DNA of 47,205 nt, filler included, from Rhynchobatus australiae (GCA_034780895.1; 2 parts of 2 records of this genome joined end to end with filler, not necessarily neighbours in it), one strand, 5' to 3'; positions 10,630 through 24,180 are shown, counted from the whole stretch's first letter. Notes: generated by a model not told the origin, from the sequence alone. Translations and numbers: made by a program.

Positions 10630-13600
10630 CAAGCGATGTCAGGTCTGTTGCCATAAGAAATAGGACAGGAATGGACCAATTAGCTTTGAGTTTGTTCCAC
10701 CATGGCTGATCCAACTTTTGTTGTCTGCTTTCCTGCCTTTTGCCCATAATTTTCAATTCCTGAACTGATCAAAAATTTATCTCGGCTCTAAATATATTCA
10801 AGGATTCAGCCTCCACATTTTCCGGGATAAGCAATTCGTAAGAGTCACAATCCTTTTGAGAGAAGAAATTTTTCCTTCTCTCAGTTTTAATGGACCACTA
10901 GTAATTCTGAGATTATGTCCTCTGGATCTAGACTTTCCTTTGAGTGGAAACATTTACCCTGTCAAGCTCCCTAAAAATGTCTTTCAATATGATTGCCTCT
11001 CATTCTTCTAAACTCCAAACTATGCGCCCTCAATCTGTTCAACCTTTCCACAAAGACAATCCCTCCATACCTGAGATCATCCTAGTGAATCTTTTCTGGA
11101 CTGACTCCAACCATAATATTATCATTCCTTTAAAATAGGGACCAAAATATTTCAGTATTCTAGATGTGACATCATTGGTGCCTTATCTAATTGCAGTAAG
11201 TCTTCCTTAGTTTTACACTCCAATCCTTTTGAAATAAAAGCCACTTGATTACCTGCTATATCTGTATCCTGGCTTTATGCATTGCACTAATGAGGATCTC
11301 CCAATCACCATGTCCCACAGCTTTCTGTAGTCTTCCTCCAGATAGTAACCTTCTTTATTATTCTTCTTTCCAATGTAAACAACTTCACAATGTCCCATGT
11401 TACGCTGCAGCAGCTAATGTTTTGCCCATTCACTTAAGCTATCAGTTTATCTCTGTAAACTGTTTATCCTCCATACACCTTGCCTTCTCACTGACCACTG
11501 CCTCATTCACAATTTAGTTCACAGTACTTTAGATTCCTTTCTTTAAATAATTAATATATATATTGTAAATGGCTGCAGTCTCAGCACTGATACCTGTGTT
11601 GGCAACCTGAAAATGACCCCTTATCCCTTCTAGCAGCTTTCTGCTGGTTAGTCAGTCCCCTATCCATGCTAATATATTACCTTCAAAACCACAAGCTGCT
11701 ATTCTGCAAAGGAACCTTTTGTGCAGCACCTTGTCGAGCAGCTTTGGAAAATCCAAATCTATTACCTCTATTACTTACCCTCCATCCACTCTTGCTGATT
11801 GTTCCTTGGAGAATTTTGTCAGACATGACTTCCCCATGGACACAATGTTGTCAGACATGGACACAATAGGAGCAGGAGTAGGCCACCAGGCCCCTCACGC
11901 CTGCCCTGCTATTCAATATGATCGTGATTGATTTATGCTGGCCTCAACCATTCTGTGCCAGTTCCCGTAACTCTCAATTACTTCATCTTTCAAATATTTC
12001 TCTACCTCCACCTTCAATATACCTAATGATCTGGCCTCCACCAATTCCAAAGATTCACTGACCCCNNNNNNNNNNNNNNNNNNNNNNNAAATTTCTAGGC
12101 ACCTGAGTTTTAAATGGCTGGCCTCTTATTTTGCTGCAATGTCCCCTTGTTCATGACTCTCCCATTACTGAAGTCGGCTTGATCAGATTATGACTTTCCA
12201 CATGTTCTGCTATTACATCCTTAATAATCCATTCTAACATGTTTGCAAGAATAGTCATTGACCTATAGTTGTGTGCTTTTTGCCTCCCACTCTTTTTGAA
12301 TAAGGGTATTGCATTGGCATTTCCAATCCTCCAGTGCTTCTCCAGAATTGAAGTATTTTTGGAAGACCATAACCAAAAGCTCCATTATCCACTTCATTTT
12401 GGATTTTGGGATTGCAAACCATCAGGTCTAGCGACTTATCAGACTTCAGTCCCATTAATTTGCCTGAAATTAATTCTCTGGTGATGGTGATTGTATTTAA
12501 TTACAGTTTTTTAGCATTAATGGCATTTTTGTCATATCTTTTATCATAAAGACTGCTACGAAATAACTGTCTAACTCTTCTTTCATTTTCTTGCTTTTCA
12601 TAACCACTTCCCTGGTCTTATTCTCTGAGCGACCAGAGTTCACTTTGACCTCTCCATTTTGTGTACTTAAAGAAGTTCTTATTATCATTTTTGATATTTC
12701 TTGCTAGTTTTCCCTCGTTTATTTTCTCCTGAATGTTTTTTGGTCCTCCTTTGCTGCATTCTGAATTTATCCTGGTCTCTGACTAATTTTTGCCACCTTG
12801 TATGTTTTCTCTTTCAACTTAATACACTCCTTAACCTTCTTGGTTAGCCATGGTTGGTTCATCCTCCCCTTTGAAATTTTCCTCCTCATTGGGGTATATT
12901 TTTGCTGGGTATCATGAATTATCTTCTTAAATTGTCTTACTTGCTCATCTACTTGCCCAGTCCATTTTAACTAATTTTATTCTCATTCCTTCATAATTCC
13001 CTTTATTTAAGTTTCACACAGCTGTTTCAGACCCAAGTTTCTCACTCAATCTGGTTGCTAAAATCTTTCATCCTGTGATCACCACTTCCTAGAAGTGTTT
13101 CAGACTCTGAGATCATTTATTAAACTTGTCTCATTACATATTACCAGATCCAAAATAGCCTGTTCCCTTTTTGGCTTCATAATTTCTTGCTCTAGGAAAC
13201 TACTTGAATGTTCTCTTTGCATTCATTCCCATGGCGACTATTTTCAATTTAATTGACCCAATCTATATGCAGATTGAAGTCACCCATGGTTAATGTATTT
13301 CTCTTTCCACATGTTNNNNNNNNNNNNNNNNNNNNNNNNNNNNNTGGTATGAACATTGAATTCCGAGACCTGTACTCCACTCCTACCACTGTCTTCTTAC
13401 CTTTGTTATTTTTTCTCATGCCTGTACTTATTTCATCCCTTATTAGCAGGGCTACCCCACCTCCTTTTCTTTCCCACCAGTCCCTCCAAAAAGTTAAATA
13501 TTCCTGACTCTTAATTTTGTCTTTTTCTCATCTTTCCCTTCATTACCCCATCTATTGATCTACTGTGTCGTTAAATGCTTCACACCTTTCTTTTGCCTGC

Positions 13601-13981
13601 TTTCCCCTTATGCTATGCTTTTGTCTTTCATTTACAGTTTCTCTCTGACTCCCTGCTCATCCCCCTGCTGTGCTGGTTAAAGCATCACTAACAACACTAG
13701 CAAAAACTCCCAGAAGGATATTGGTCTCAGTCCTGCTCGAGCGAAATCTATCTAACTTGTACAGGTCCCATATTCCCCACAAACCTGTACAATATCTTAA
13801 GAATCTAAATCCCACCCTCCAACATCATTCCTCTAGACTTGCATTCATCTCATTTACCCTAGTGTTTCTACTTTTCTAGCATGTGGCACTAGAGTAATTG
13901 AGAGGTTACTACCCTCTGAGTCCAGATTTCTAATTTATCTCCTAACTCTCTATATTCAACTTATGCCATTGGTACCGAGGT
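10630..13981 (-). mobile_element. Old, near full-length CR1 LINE: ORF1 esterase C-terminus, ORF2 endonuclease and RT, 3' UTR
   Basis: Minus-strand remnants: LGTNGI near 13960-13980 and WDLYK near 13755-13772 (SGNH-esterase ORF1); MGDFN near 13275-13290 and EQAILDLV near 13140-13168 (endonuclease); LKSDKS near 12440; CR1 3' UTR near 10640-10900. Many stops and indels. Confidence 0.85.
11856..12170 (-). mobile_element. Younger CR1 3' fragment nested in the old CR1
   Basis: ataggagcaggagtaggcc...attcaatatgatc...gttttaaatggctggcctcttattttg...tccccttgttcatgact; same subfamily as 33691-34310. Confidence 0.8.
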
Positions 13982-16514
13982 NNNNNNNNNNNNNNNNNNN
14001 NNNNNNNNNNNNNNNNNNNNNNNNNNNNNNNNNNNNNNNNNNNNNNNNNNNNNNNNNNNNNNNNNNNNNNNNNNNNNNNNNNNNNNNNNNNNNNNNNNNN
14101 NNNNNNNNNNNNNNNNNNNNNNNNNNNNNNNNNNNNNNNNNNNNNNNNNNNNNNNNNNNNNNNNNNNNNNNNNNNNNNNNNNNNNNNNNNNNNNNNNNNN
14201 NNNNNNNNNNNNNNNNNNNNNNNNNNNNNNNNNNNNNNNNNNNNNNNNNNNNNNNNNNNNNNNNNNNNNNNNNNNNNNNNNNNNNNNNNNNNNNNNNNNN
14301 NNNNNNNNNNNNNNNNNNNNNNNNNNNNNNNNNNNNNNNNNNNNNNNNNNNNNNNNNNNNNNNNNNNNNNNNNNNNNNNNNNNNNNNNNNNNNNNNNNNN
14401 NNNNNNNNNNNNNNNNNNNNNNNNNNNNNNNNNNNNNNNNNNNNNNNNNNNNNNNNNNNNNNNNNNNNNNNNNNNNNNNNNNNNNNNNNNNNNNNNNNNN
14501 NNNNNNNNNNNNNNNNNNNNNNNNNNNNNNNNNNNNNNNNNNNNNNNNNNNNNNNNNNNNNNNNNNNNNNNNNNNNNNNNNNNNNNNNNNNNNNNNNNNN
14601 NNNNNNNNNNNNNNNNNNNNNNNNNNNNNNNNNNNNNNNNNNNNNNNNNNNNNNNNNNNNNNNNNNNNNNNNNNNNNNNNNNNNNNNNNNNNNNNNNNNN
14701 NNNNNNNNNNNNNNNNNNNNNNNNNNNNNNNCAGGATGAGTATCCCATCTGACTGAGCTGTCCTACCACGTCTTGTCCTTGAATTACACCCTTTGTTTTC
14801 TCTAAGGCAGTGAGTATTAATTACATTATGGACCCTACTTCATTCTAAACACTACTAACAACTATAAGACCTCATCAAATTCAAAGAAATAATAAATCAA
14901 GGCAAAATGGTAAAATAGACCAAATATTTCACTCGGGACTTGCAGTTTCCTGTATGCTTTTCAAAGAACTCTACGTCCAAATCTTCACAAATTTCATAAA
15001 ACCAGTTTACCAGGAACATTTCAAATAAACACCAAGAAATAGTCTTGATTAACTTAAGCCTTCATAAACAATAGCTATTAGATATGCTTCAGAATGTTCC
15101 TTGGTACAAAATTACAGTTTTATAAGATATACTTTAGCTGCTTAGTTGTTTTATTTCATTTCTTTGAGAAAAACTTAAAGCAAACATTTCTCTTAAAATG
15201 ATTAACCCATCTGAAAATACTTATTCCTCAATATACAATGGAAGTAATAGTGAATTAATCGTTTCTGCTGGCCTCAGGCAATCACCCAGCCAATCTAATT
15301 GGTTGTTGTCAATAACCTCCAATTCCCAGTGCAAAATAAAGCTGCTTTAATCTTCAGTATGTTAACCAGCTGACACATTAGTTGAAATGCCGTCAGGTTA
15401 AAAAGGCAGATGGTACCATGTAGCCAAACACCACATTGAAACCAAAAATGTTGTTAACATGAACTTTTCTAGATTTCTTTCAGCTTTATCTGCTGTTCCA
15501 CTACTGCTGCTTCATTTAGGATTTGAGTTAAAATGGCAGATGTTGCCAGTGCTCAATATGCATTGATCTATTGGCTTGTTAAAAATGCTGTTGCTACCTG
15601 AAATATAAAGTTACAACTGGTCAAAATGGGACAGAAATGGAGCAAGTAATAACTTCATTTTAACTCTCTGGTCCAGCCCACCCCACTATTTTCATTGTGA
15701 TAAAACAGGCCATGTGGAGTTGGCTGTGAGTCATAGATGAGACACCTTGGAAACTGAAAATGTTCACAGGCAAACTTTATCTAAACCAGATGAGGTATCT
15801 GACAGATTTATGTAAACTGCCATTGGATCGGTTGGAGATAAAAATCAAGAAAATGGTTAGAATTAAAAATAAAATCAGTTTAAAAAGAAATCAAATTTCA
15901 TTTTGTTCCAGATTTACTTTCTGAAATTCAGACATAAAAGGAAAACATTCAATAGAATGTACAGAAAGCTGTATTTTCAGAAACTGTTTCAAAATATTCT
16001 TCTCTGCATTTGGTACAAGAAGCATTAAAATTCTCTTCACACACTACAAGATGGTAAGATTCCTGTGGGAGTGGGAAAAGTACTGGAGTGTAAACCAGTA
16101 TTGACCAATATATTTGCCATTAGCTTCATGTGGCTAATTATGAACAGAGTTGTGGCTAAATGTATTTTTGATTAGCAAATAAAAATAAGTAGTAGACAAT
16201 GCTATTGAGAAATCCATACACATTTACACAGTTAAGCATATGCACTTTGTGTGTTATATCGTAAATTGCTATAACAAAAAACAGAGAGTGAGCTTTATTT
16301 AAACATAACAGATGTTTCACTTTCTTCCTACTACTTATTATCTGTTAAACTGGTGTCTTACACAAGTGTAAACACCATGGAATTCAATTGGATGGAAACC
16401 CCAACAACACTGGAAAGGAGAGCTCGCAGGGTGGTCAGATGGACTATTCAGAATAACCGCTCCAGGCCATNNNNNNNNNNNNNNNNNNNNNNNNNNNNNN
16501 NNNNNNNNNNNNNN

Positions 16515-16526
16515 TTAATTAATTAA
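16515..16526. other. Artificial scaffolding linker TTAATTAATTAA
   Basis: Palindromic 12-mer with stops in all six frames, flanked by exactly 44 N on each side (100 nt in total). Confidence 0.9.
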
Positions 16527-16574
16527 NNNNNNNNNNNNNNNNNNNNNNNNNNNNNNNNNNNNNNNNNNNNGGAA

Positions 16575-16800
16575 GTTGTGAGCATTCACCATGTAATGGA
16601 GGGTTACTTTGGGACTCCTGCAAGAAAGCTTTCCATTTACGTAATACTTGGTCAACCCTCTTAGAATGTCACAAACCTCCTCAGTGCCAATGAAGTACTT
16701 TTGAAACACAGTGGTCGCAACAACCAACTAGCAGCAGAAGCAAGCTCCCACAAACTGTAATTAGGTAACGTCCATTAATCTGCTTGAAAATAAATATTTA
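16575..16800 (-). mobile_element. Deu-domain SINE remnant (SacSINE1/AmnSINE-like)
   Basis: gccaatgaagtacttttgaa...gcaagctcccacaaac, shared with the copies at 24985-25400 and 33580-34470. Confidence 0.6.
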
Positions 16801-16977
16801 AAAATATAATTTATTTTGTAACACTAATAAATACCCAGGCCTACGGAAGCACCAATGTTGTATGAAGCCCCACCCAACAATGACATTTTATTCCATGAGG
16901 CCTGAGGCAATGTACACAGTAGAAAAGGCCTTGCAAATGTCACGCATCGAATCTTCCACAGGGTTGCATGACTATAG

Positions 16978-17226
16978 ATTATTTAAATTTTATTTACAGC
17001 GTGGTAACAGGCCCTTCCGGCCCAACAAGTCCACCCCGCCCATTTTGTTTCAAACCCCAAATTAACCTACCCGTACATCTTTGGAATGTGGGAGGAAACT
17101 AGAGCACCCGGAGGAAACCCACGCAGACACGGGAGAACGTACAAACTCCTTACAGGCAGCGGCTGGAATCGAACCCGGGTCGCTGGTGCTGTAATAGCAT
17201 CGTGCTAACCACTACACTACTGTGCC
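16978..17226 (-). mobile_element. tRNA-derived V-SINE (HE1-like), relatively young and full length
   Basis: Minus strand: A box TAGTGTAGTGG, B box GGTTCGATTCC, V-domain GTTCTCCCGTGTCTGCGTGGGTTTCCTCCGGGTGCTC, LINE-like tail GGGCCGGAAGGGCCTGTT and AT-rich end. Confidence 0.9.
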
Positions 17227-17349
17227 ACCATAATGTGGAGGAAGCAGAATTGAGAGCAGGTTGAGATTACATGGGAGATGTTGACAAGGGGGCAGGAAAG
17301 CATGGGGTGGAAGGGGAGGACTGCAGGGGAAGTGAGAGAAGAGGGGGAA

Positions 17350-17790
17350 ATCATGTGGGAGTGAGAAGATTGTGGGAGGAGAGAGAAAGGAGTCCTCTTG
17401 ACTCCCCTTTCACCTCACAACTGGGGGTAAGGTCACCATGAGAGAGACATCTGGAGGGAACCAAAAGACAGACATTGGCATGCTGGTGGCAAGGCATGGG
17501 GATCAATATTAAAGAATGATGAGCATACCTGGACAAAGGTGTCTTTCTCAGACTTCTTGGCTGTTGCCTAGTCAGGGTTAGGCCTCCTTTATATAACTTG
17601 GAAACCAGTCCAAATCTCTGGTTAAAGCCTGCTCCGGTGTGCCGGACCTTGCCATTGGCAGGCCTTGTCTGCATGATTTTGGTAACTGACTTCCAATCAC
17701 GTCCACTGATGTGACCATGTCCATCAACCTCTATGTATCATGCACAATGAGGACAAGCATTTAACTCATGGATCTGCGCCATTAGCTCAC
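17350..17790 (-). mobile_element. RTE-clade LINE 3' fragment, decayed
   Basis: Antiparallel resemblance to 5240-5880; minus strand gatggacatggtcacatc...aaggtccggcacac. Confidence 0.5.
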
Positions 17791-18884
17791 TAGCATCCGG
17801 TTACGCTTAGCTTTTTTTCCCCCCACAAATTTCATCACTTAGCTCAGTAAAACATTTACACAACTCAATATAATTTCAAGGCCCCATAATTTTTATGAAA
17901 TTCATTTACCAATATGTTCCAATCTTTAATTCAAATTCTAAATCGTTTATATTAGCAGAAAATAGTAGTTTTCCATTTATCTGTGTAAGATTTTTAATTT
18001 AAACATTTAATCAGCCTGACAATGCCAATGTTACTGTATGTCAGGGATCACTATGCCCAACAGCAGCTTACTTTGGAGAAGCAGAGATCCAGTGATCATA
18101 ATGAGCAGTAGATCTCTGTGGGCAGCTGACTGCAAAATTCAGGCTGGTGAGTTACTTAGGAATGCTCTGTTTACCACCTACTGAAAGTTTAAGACAGAGA
18201 ATTGACTGTGTCTTGGGAGTGGTGCAATGCATACTCTTTGATCTGGTGCAGACAGGAAGAGGGAAAACAAAAGTGAAACATTCTCAAGCACCACGCATTC
18301 CCCAAATTCTACTCTGCAATATTTAAATTAATCTTTTATGAAAAAGGAATTTCTGCACTATTGGCTGTGACACAAGAAAAGGTGCACTGAGTTAACTGGA
18401 AAAACATCATTCAACCACCTCTCTCAAAGACAGAGTTATGCTTTTAAAAAAAACGCAATGAGCAGGAAGAATACAAGTCTTTTGTAAGAGCATACATACT
18501 GACTTGTCAACTAAGTTTTTTTTCTTATCATAACAATCAAATCCTGCTAGGTTTCAAGCATTTGCAGCAGTTTTGACATTCATTTTCATCTGGATTTGTT
18601 CAATTGTACCAGCAGATGTAAAGTGTACATCACTTCGAAGTGGGTATTAAAAAAAAACAGACTTAGAGCCAACCATTCACATTAGAACACAAAATAAAAT
18701 TTGGTTGTTAGGTTCACTGAGTTTGCTGCATTACTTTCTTTTTGGCTGTGACAATTCCAATCTTTTAATCCCAAAACCCTGCCCATTCCTCATGCTCCAT
18801 AAAGTTTTTATTTCCCAGATTTGTCTTGCCCTCAAGTGGACAGTTCTAGGTTCCAGCTGCACTCTTAATCTTGGTCAATATTCC

Positions 18885-19140
18885 CACTGGACAACGGAAG
18901 AAGTGCTGCAACATTGGAGAAGCCATATTTGGCGCTGCATATCGACCAGAAGTCTGCCTAGTTTCCCAGGGGAGCCCATCTCAGTGACAACGCAAGATTA
19001 CCACAACGTATCTGATCATCATTCCTTTGCTGTTTGCATGACAAATGGTCTGCTGCATTTCATCTCAAATATACTTCATTGATCGTAGACATTCAAGACA
19101 TCCTTAGATTGGAAAAATGCTTTGCATATGCAAGTTCTTT
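18885..19140 (+). mobile_element. Deu-domain SINE remnant
   Basis: agtgctgcaacattggagga...tttgctgtttg...tacttcattg...atatgcaagttctttc. Confidence 0.55.
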
Positions 19141-19174
19141 CCTTCATTTCCTTTTTTAACATTTAATTCTACAC

Positions 19175-19282
19175 CTACATTACTGCATGGTAACTGCACT
19201 GTGTAATGAATTGACCTGTATGATCAGTACACAAGACAAGTTTTTCACTGTACCTCAGTATGAGTGACAATAATAAACCGAT
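19175..19282 (+). mobile_element. Short LINE 3' tail (Rex1-like)
   Basis: ctgtatgatcagtacacaagacaagtttttcactgtacctcagtatgagtgacaataataaacc. Confidence 0.55.
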
Positions 19283-19324
19283 ACATTAGCACATTGCATA
19301 TCCATGGGCCCATCTCAGAGTTAG

Positions 19325-19462
19325 AAGCAAAATATTACAGATGTTGTAAATCTGAAATGATAACAGAAACGACTGGACTTACTGAGCAGATGAGGCAGCA
19401 TTCATGGAAAGAGAAATAAGAGTTACATTCCATGTCAATGACTTTTAATCAGAGCTGGGAAA
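19325..19462 (-). mobile_element. Short Penelope-like terminus, decayed
   Basis: acagatgttgtaaatctgaaat...ctgagcagatgaggcagcattcatgga...atcagagctggg; homologous to 703-832. Confidence 0.65.
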
Positions 19463-20599
19463 GTTTTTGTTTAAAAGAGTCCTTTCTGTTTTCCTTTACT
19501 ATCTCAGAATCTATAAACTCAAAAGCTGAAATGTCAGACAAAGAATCTTATCTCAATCACTGATATACAAGTAATATATTTCAGTAGATTAAAAAAAGCC
19601 AGTTCCAGGGCCAACTGTATAAGCACAAACTTTAGAAGAGAGTGGCAGGGGAAAAGAAAATCTAGGAACTAGTCAAGCCAAAGGTAACATTTTGAAATTA
19701 ACTTTATGTAAAAATAAAAAGGCTGCATCAGTGGATTCTGCATGTAGTCCACCAGTATAAACAAAATAAATTCTTGCTCGTTACTACTTCTAGATCCAAT
19801 GAGCTATATACTTGCGCTGGAGCCTCTGCAAAGATGTACAGCAGAGCAAAATGCAAATGTCTAGTAAAAGTTACCATGAAAATGTCAGAACCACACCACT
19901 GAACAATCACAAGTTTTATATTCTTCTCTCCCCACTTCACTTTCCACCACTGAATTACCACTCTTGTGTACAAGGCTAAGGATATGGCCTGTTTCATAGG
20001 TGGGGATGCACTGGGGTGGAGAGATTAATAGACTGAGGAAATTGAGGAATTCTGGGTGCACGACTCAAACTTCCACAATCTGTAAATCAACATAATTAAT
20101 TTACACCCACATTTGTCCAAAAATACTCAGTGAATGTACAACCACTTAACGTTAAGAAAAATAAAACTTGAAAAACAAACAGGTTGGGTGGTATTATGGC
20201 CACTAGTTACCAGTAGAGAAGTCACTGATATTTTAAGAGCTATCACAGTTATTTCCTTGTTTACACAAGTCTCTTAAAGCACCAGATGGATCAAGATGAA
20301 ACCACTTGACAGACTGGCATGAAGGAGTGGGAGCTTTCATTCTAACTAACACCAAAATAAATTGGGAATTTTTGTTTTTATGCAGGGAAACTACTGCACA
20401 TTATCTTAATAATCATAATAATCTACTGTTTGCTTGAACTTTTGGCATTCAAGCACATGATGCTGCACTACAGATTGCAAGGCCAAGACTAGTCCTGGCA
20501 GTCACAGTGTGAACTACAATATCTGATCACAGTAGGAACCATATTGAATCATAGGAGATACTACCATTAGCTCCTAAACAGACAATATTTTGTTTACAC

Positions 20600-21290
20600 A
20601 TTGATGGGATATTGGTATGAACAATGCCAGCAATTAGTGTCCTTTCCCAACTACCCTTGAGGTGGTGGTGGTGTGCCACCTTCTTGAACTACTACGTCTT
20701 CCAGTGTCGTTGGGTGGGAATTCCAGGATTTAGATCCACTGATGATGAAGAAATAATGATATACTTCAACATGATGATCCTGTGGCACTTGGAGAGAAAC
20801 CTGCACATGGTGGTGATCCCAGACATTTACTATCCTTGGAAGTTGAAGGTTTGGGAGACGCTGTCCAAGTAGCCTAGGTAATTGCACTGCATTTTATAGA
20901 TGTTACATACCACTGCCACAGCTGATGGTGGAAGGAGCAAATAGTTAAGGTGAATAACAAGGAACCAATCAAGTGGACTGCTGTGTCCTGGATGACATCC
21001 AACTTGTTGGAGATGCACTCATCAAGGGAAGTGGAAAGTGTTCATCACATTCCTGACTTGTGCCTTATGCTTGGTGGAAAGACTGAAGTGTCAGAAGGTG
21101 AGTCTCTCACTACAGGAAATCCACCTCTGACCTGCTCTTGTAGCCACCGTACCTATGTTTCTGTCAATGGTGATCCCAAGATATCAGTGGAGGATTCAGC
21201 AATGACGAAGCCATTGAATATCAAGAGTATGTGGTTAGACTCTGCAATGATTACATTCTCTGTAGCTTGTATGCTGCAAATGTTAAGTAA
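20600..21290 (-). mobile_element. Family B (CR1/L2 group) LINE 3' end
   Basis: Reverse complement matches the tail of 22490-23365 (gttcaagaaggtggcacaccaccacc..ctcaaggg). Confidence 0.75.
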
Positions 21291-22489
21291 CTAACAAACA
21301 CTTGGTAAATTGTTTCAGTACTTGCAGCAAATTAGTGTGCTTAAAAACATTTCACAATGGACTCAAAAATTAAATGCAAATTATACGGCACTGTAAGTTG
21401 TGTGTCTGAAAAGCAGAATGTGGGAGTTTGTTAAGAGTGAGCAAAAACATCTGTAACAGACATGTCTCACTGGCTCAGAGTCACCAAGCTGGAATACAAG
21501 TTGGAAACATTCTGGCACATAATGAAGGGAGAGGAGTATCTGGACGTTTTGCTCCACATTTCATCACCTTATGGAGAGGTACAATATCGAGATGGGGTCA
21601 GTGTGACCAACCCTGTACATTGTGAGGTGGTGAAATAGAGCATGAAAATCTTCAGAAACTGATCCTTTGTGAGGAATTACAACTTACATGCTAAGAATAA
21701 AGAAAAACAGCTAGAATAGTTACCACGGCAGATTGGAGCAGAAAGCTACCCAGAGAGGCTAAAAGTAGGAAAAGAGTACATCTGTAAATAGGATTCTGTA
21801 AATAGGACAGATAGTACACTATGTAAGCAGGACAGAGTGTCTCACAGATACATTGCCTTTAGCTACTTCAGAAAGGTGAGAGGGAAAAATACAAATTATA
21901 ACCCAGTTAGCCTAACATGCATTTTTGGGAAATTACTGAAGTCTGTAATTAAGGACAATGTTTAAGTATTGAACATTTTCAGCTGATCAGAGAACAACAG
22001 CAAGGATTTGTAAAGGATAGGCCTTGCCCAGGAAATGTGAATTCCTGGAAGATGTGGCTGAAATATTGGATGAGGGAATATCTTTGGATATTATTTATTT
22101 AGGCTTCTAGAAAGCAGGGGAGAAAATCCTTACGAAATAACCATTATTGAAGTTGAAACTCTTGAATTGATCCAGTANNNNNNNNNNNNNNNNNNNNNNN
22201 NNNNNNNNNNNNNNNNNNNNNNNNNNNNNNNNNNNNNNNNNNNNNNNNNNNNNNNNNNNNNNNNNNNNNNNNNNNNNNNNNNNNNNNNNNNNTTCATGTC
22301 ATATTATATAATAAAGCCACAAATCCTGTTTTCCAATAATACAAAGAGAGATGGCATTGTGAGCTGAATAAATGGAGGCATTGCATTACATTACAAACTG
22401 AGATACAGATGTACTTAAGCAACTAGGAAAACTATGGCAGGTAGTTCTATGATTTTACACCAAAGAGCAGAAACATATTTTCCAAATCC

Positions 22490-23365
22490 ACATCCAAGTG
22501 TAGCAAAACGTGGACAATATCCAGAGCTAATAGGTGTTAAGTAACATTCGCGACTCACAAGTGCCAAGCATGACTATATCAAACAAGAGAAAATCCAGCG
22601 ATCACTCCCTGATGGTCAATGGCATTACTATCACTAAATCCCCCACTGTTAATATCCTGGGAGTACTATTGACCAGAAACTGAACTGGAGTAGCCATATA
22701 CACAATGTGGCTACAAAAACAGATTAGAGGCTAGGAAGCCTGCAGCAAGTAACTCACCTCCTAAATCCCCAAAGCCTGTCCACCATTAACAAGTTTAAAG
22801 TCAAGAGTGCAATGGAATTTGCCTGGATGACTGCAGCTTCAATGACACTCAAGCAGCTCAACACCATACGGGACATAGCAATCCACTTGATAGGCACACC
22901 TCATCCACAACCGACCCACGGTAGCAGCAGTTTGTTCCACCTACAGGACGCACTGATAGGCACACCTCACTCCACCACCGACCCACGGTAGCAGCAGTTT
23001 GTTCCATCTACAGGATGCACTGCAGCATCTCACCAAGACTCCTTTGACAAGACCTTCCAAACCCATGACATCTATCATCTAGAAGGACAAAGGCAACAAA
23101 AGAATGGGGACATCACCACCTGGAAGTTGCCCTCCAAACCATACACCATTCCAACTTGGAAATATATCGCCATTCCTTCACCTTCACTGGGTCAAAATCC
23201 TGGAAATTTCTCCCTCACAGTATTGTGGGAGTACACCCACACCTGAAGGACTCCCGTGGTTCAAGAAGGCAGCTCACTACCACCTTCTCAAGGATAATTA
23301 GAGATGGGCAATTAAATGTTGACTCAGCCTGTGAAGACCTCATCCCTTGAAATAATAAAAAAAAA
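22490..23365 (+). mobile_element. Family B (CR1/L2 group) LINE 3' 0.9 kb inserted in CR1
   Basis: NILGV..DQKLNWSSHIHNVATK (RT thumb region); tail gatgggcaattaaatg...catcccttgaaataataaaaaaaa. Confidence 0.8.
22888..23020. repeat. Tandem duplication, two units of 66 and 67 bp
   Basis: tgataggcacacctca...ccgacccacggtagcagcagtttgttcca.ctacagga.gcac starts at 22888 and again at 22954. Confidence 0.95.
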
Positions 23366-23504
23366 TTTTAAATGATGAAAAGCTGGAAGAAGCGAAGGTC
23401 CAAAAGAAACAAAAGTCTACCTACACAGTTCATTGGAAAATCAAAATGGCTAATGGGAGTTTGAGATCACAAAGGTATAAAAGTAATGCTATAGATATCA
23501 GGTT

Positions 23505-24180
23505 CTGTTAACCTTCGGTGAAGGAAATCTGTTGTCCTTACCCACTCTGGCTTATATATGATTCCAGACCCACCAATCTGGTCAACTCTCCACACCTTCC
23601 TTTGTTCAGGGGCAACTAGGGATAGAGAATGAATGCCGACATTGCCAGCAATGTCCACATAAGTAACTAATAAGAAAACATGAGCAGTTCCGGACATCAC
23701 ACCTTAAGATGTGTACAGTGGCGTTTCAGGGATACCAGAACAATACCAAAGGTGAGACTGCACAAACAAGGGTTATATTCCCTGGAATTTAGAAAATTAA
23801 AGTGTAGTGGACATGGAGCATCACAGTACTGCAACTGTTACCTGACCAGAAGCCTGGATTAATTGTTCAGAAACAAGATTTCAAATCCCACCATGGCAGC
23901 TGGGAAATTTAAATNNNNNNNNNNNNNNNNNNNNNNNNNNNNNNNNNNNNNNNNNAAAGTACCGTGTTGTTTTAAAACCTTTTTTTTTCAGAAAGGAAAT
24001 CTTTCTTTATCTCATCTGGCCAAGAAACTTCAGACCCACAGCAGCCTGGTTGACTCTAAACCGACTTTGAAATGGTCCAGCAAGCAAATCTGTGCAGGAA
24101 AAATTAGGAATGGACAATGAACACTGACCTTGCCAAAGTTATCTATGAATGAAAGTTAAAAAAAACAAATAAAAAATAAT
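23505..24180 (+). mobile_element. Two SINE remnants (about 23505-23680 and 23805-24180) carrying the family B 3' tail
   Basis: Both contain aaggaaatct...cagaccca...ggt..actct and end in a tail like family B. The second has a B-box-like ttcaaatcccaccatggcag. Confidence 0.6.

Noticed and set aside
13942-14769. Long ORFs (275 and 258 aa) and similar ORFs at 3033-3462 and other gaps
   Set aside because: Composed almost entirely of N-derived X residues.
17150-17226. tRNA-like sequence on the minus strand
   Set aside because: It is the head of the V-SINE, followed directly by the V-domain and a LINE-like tail.
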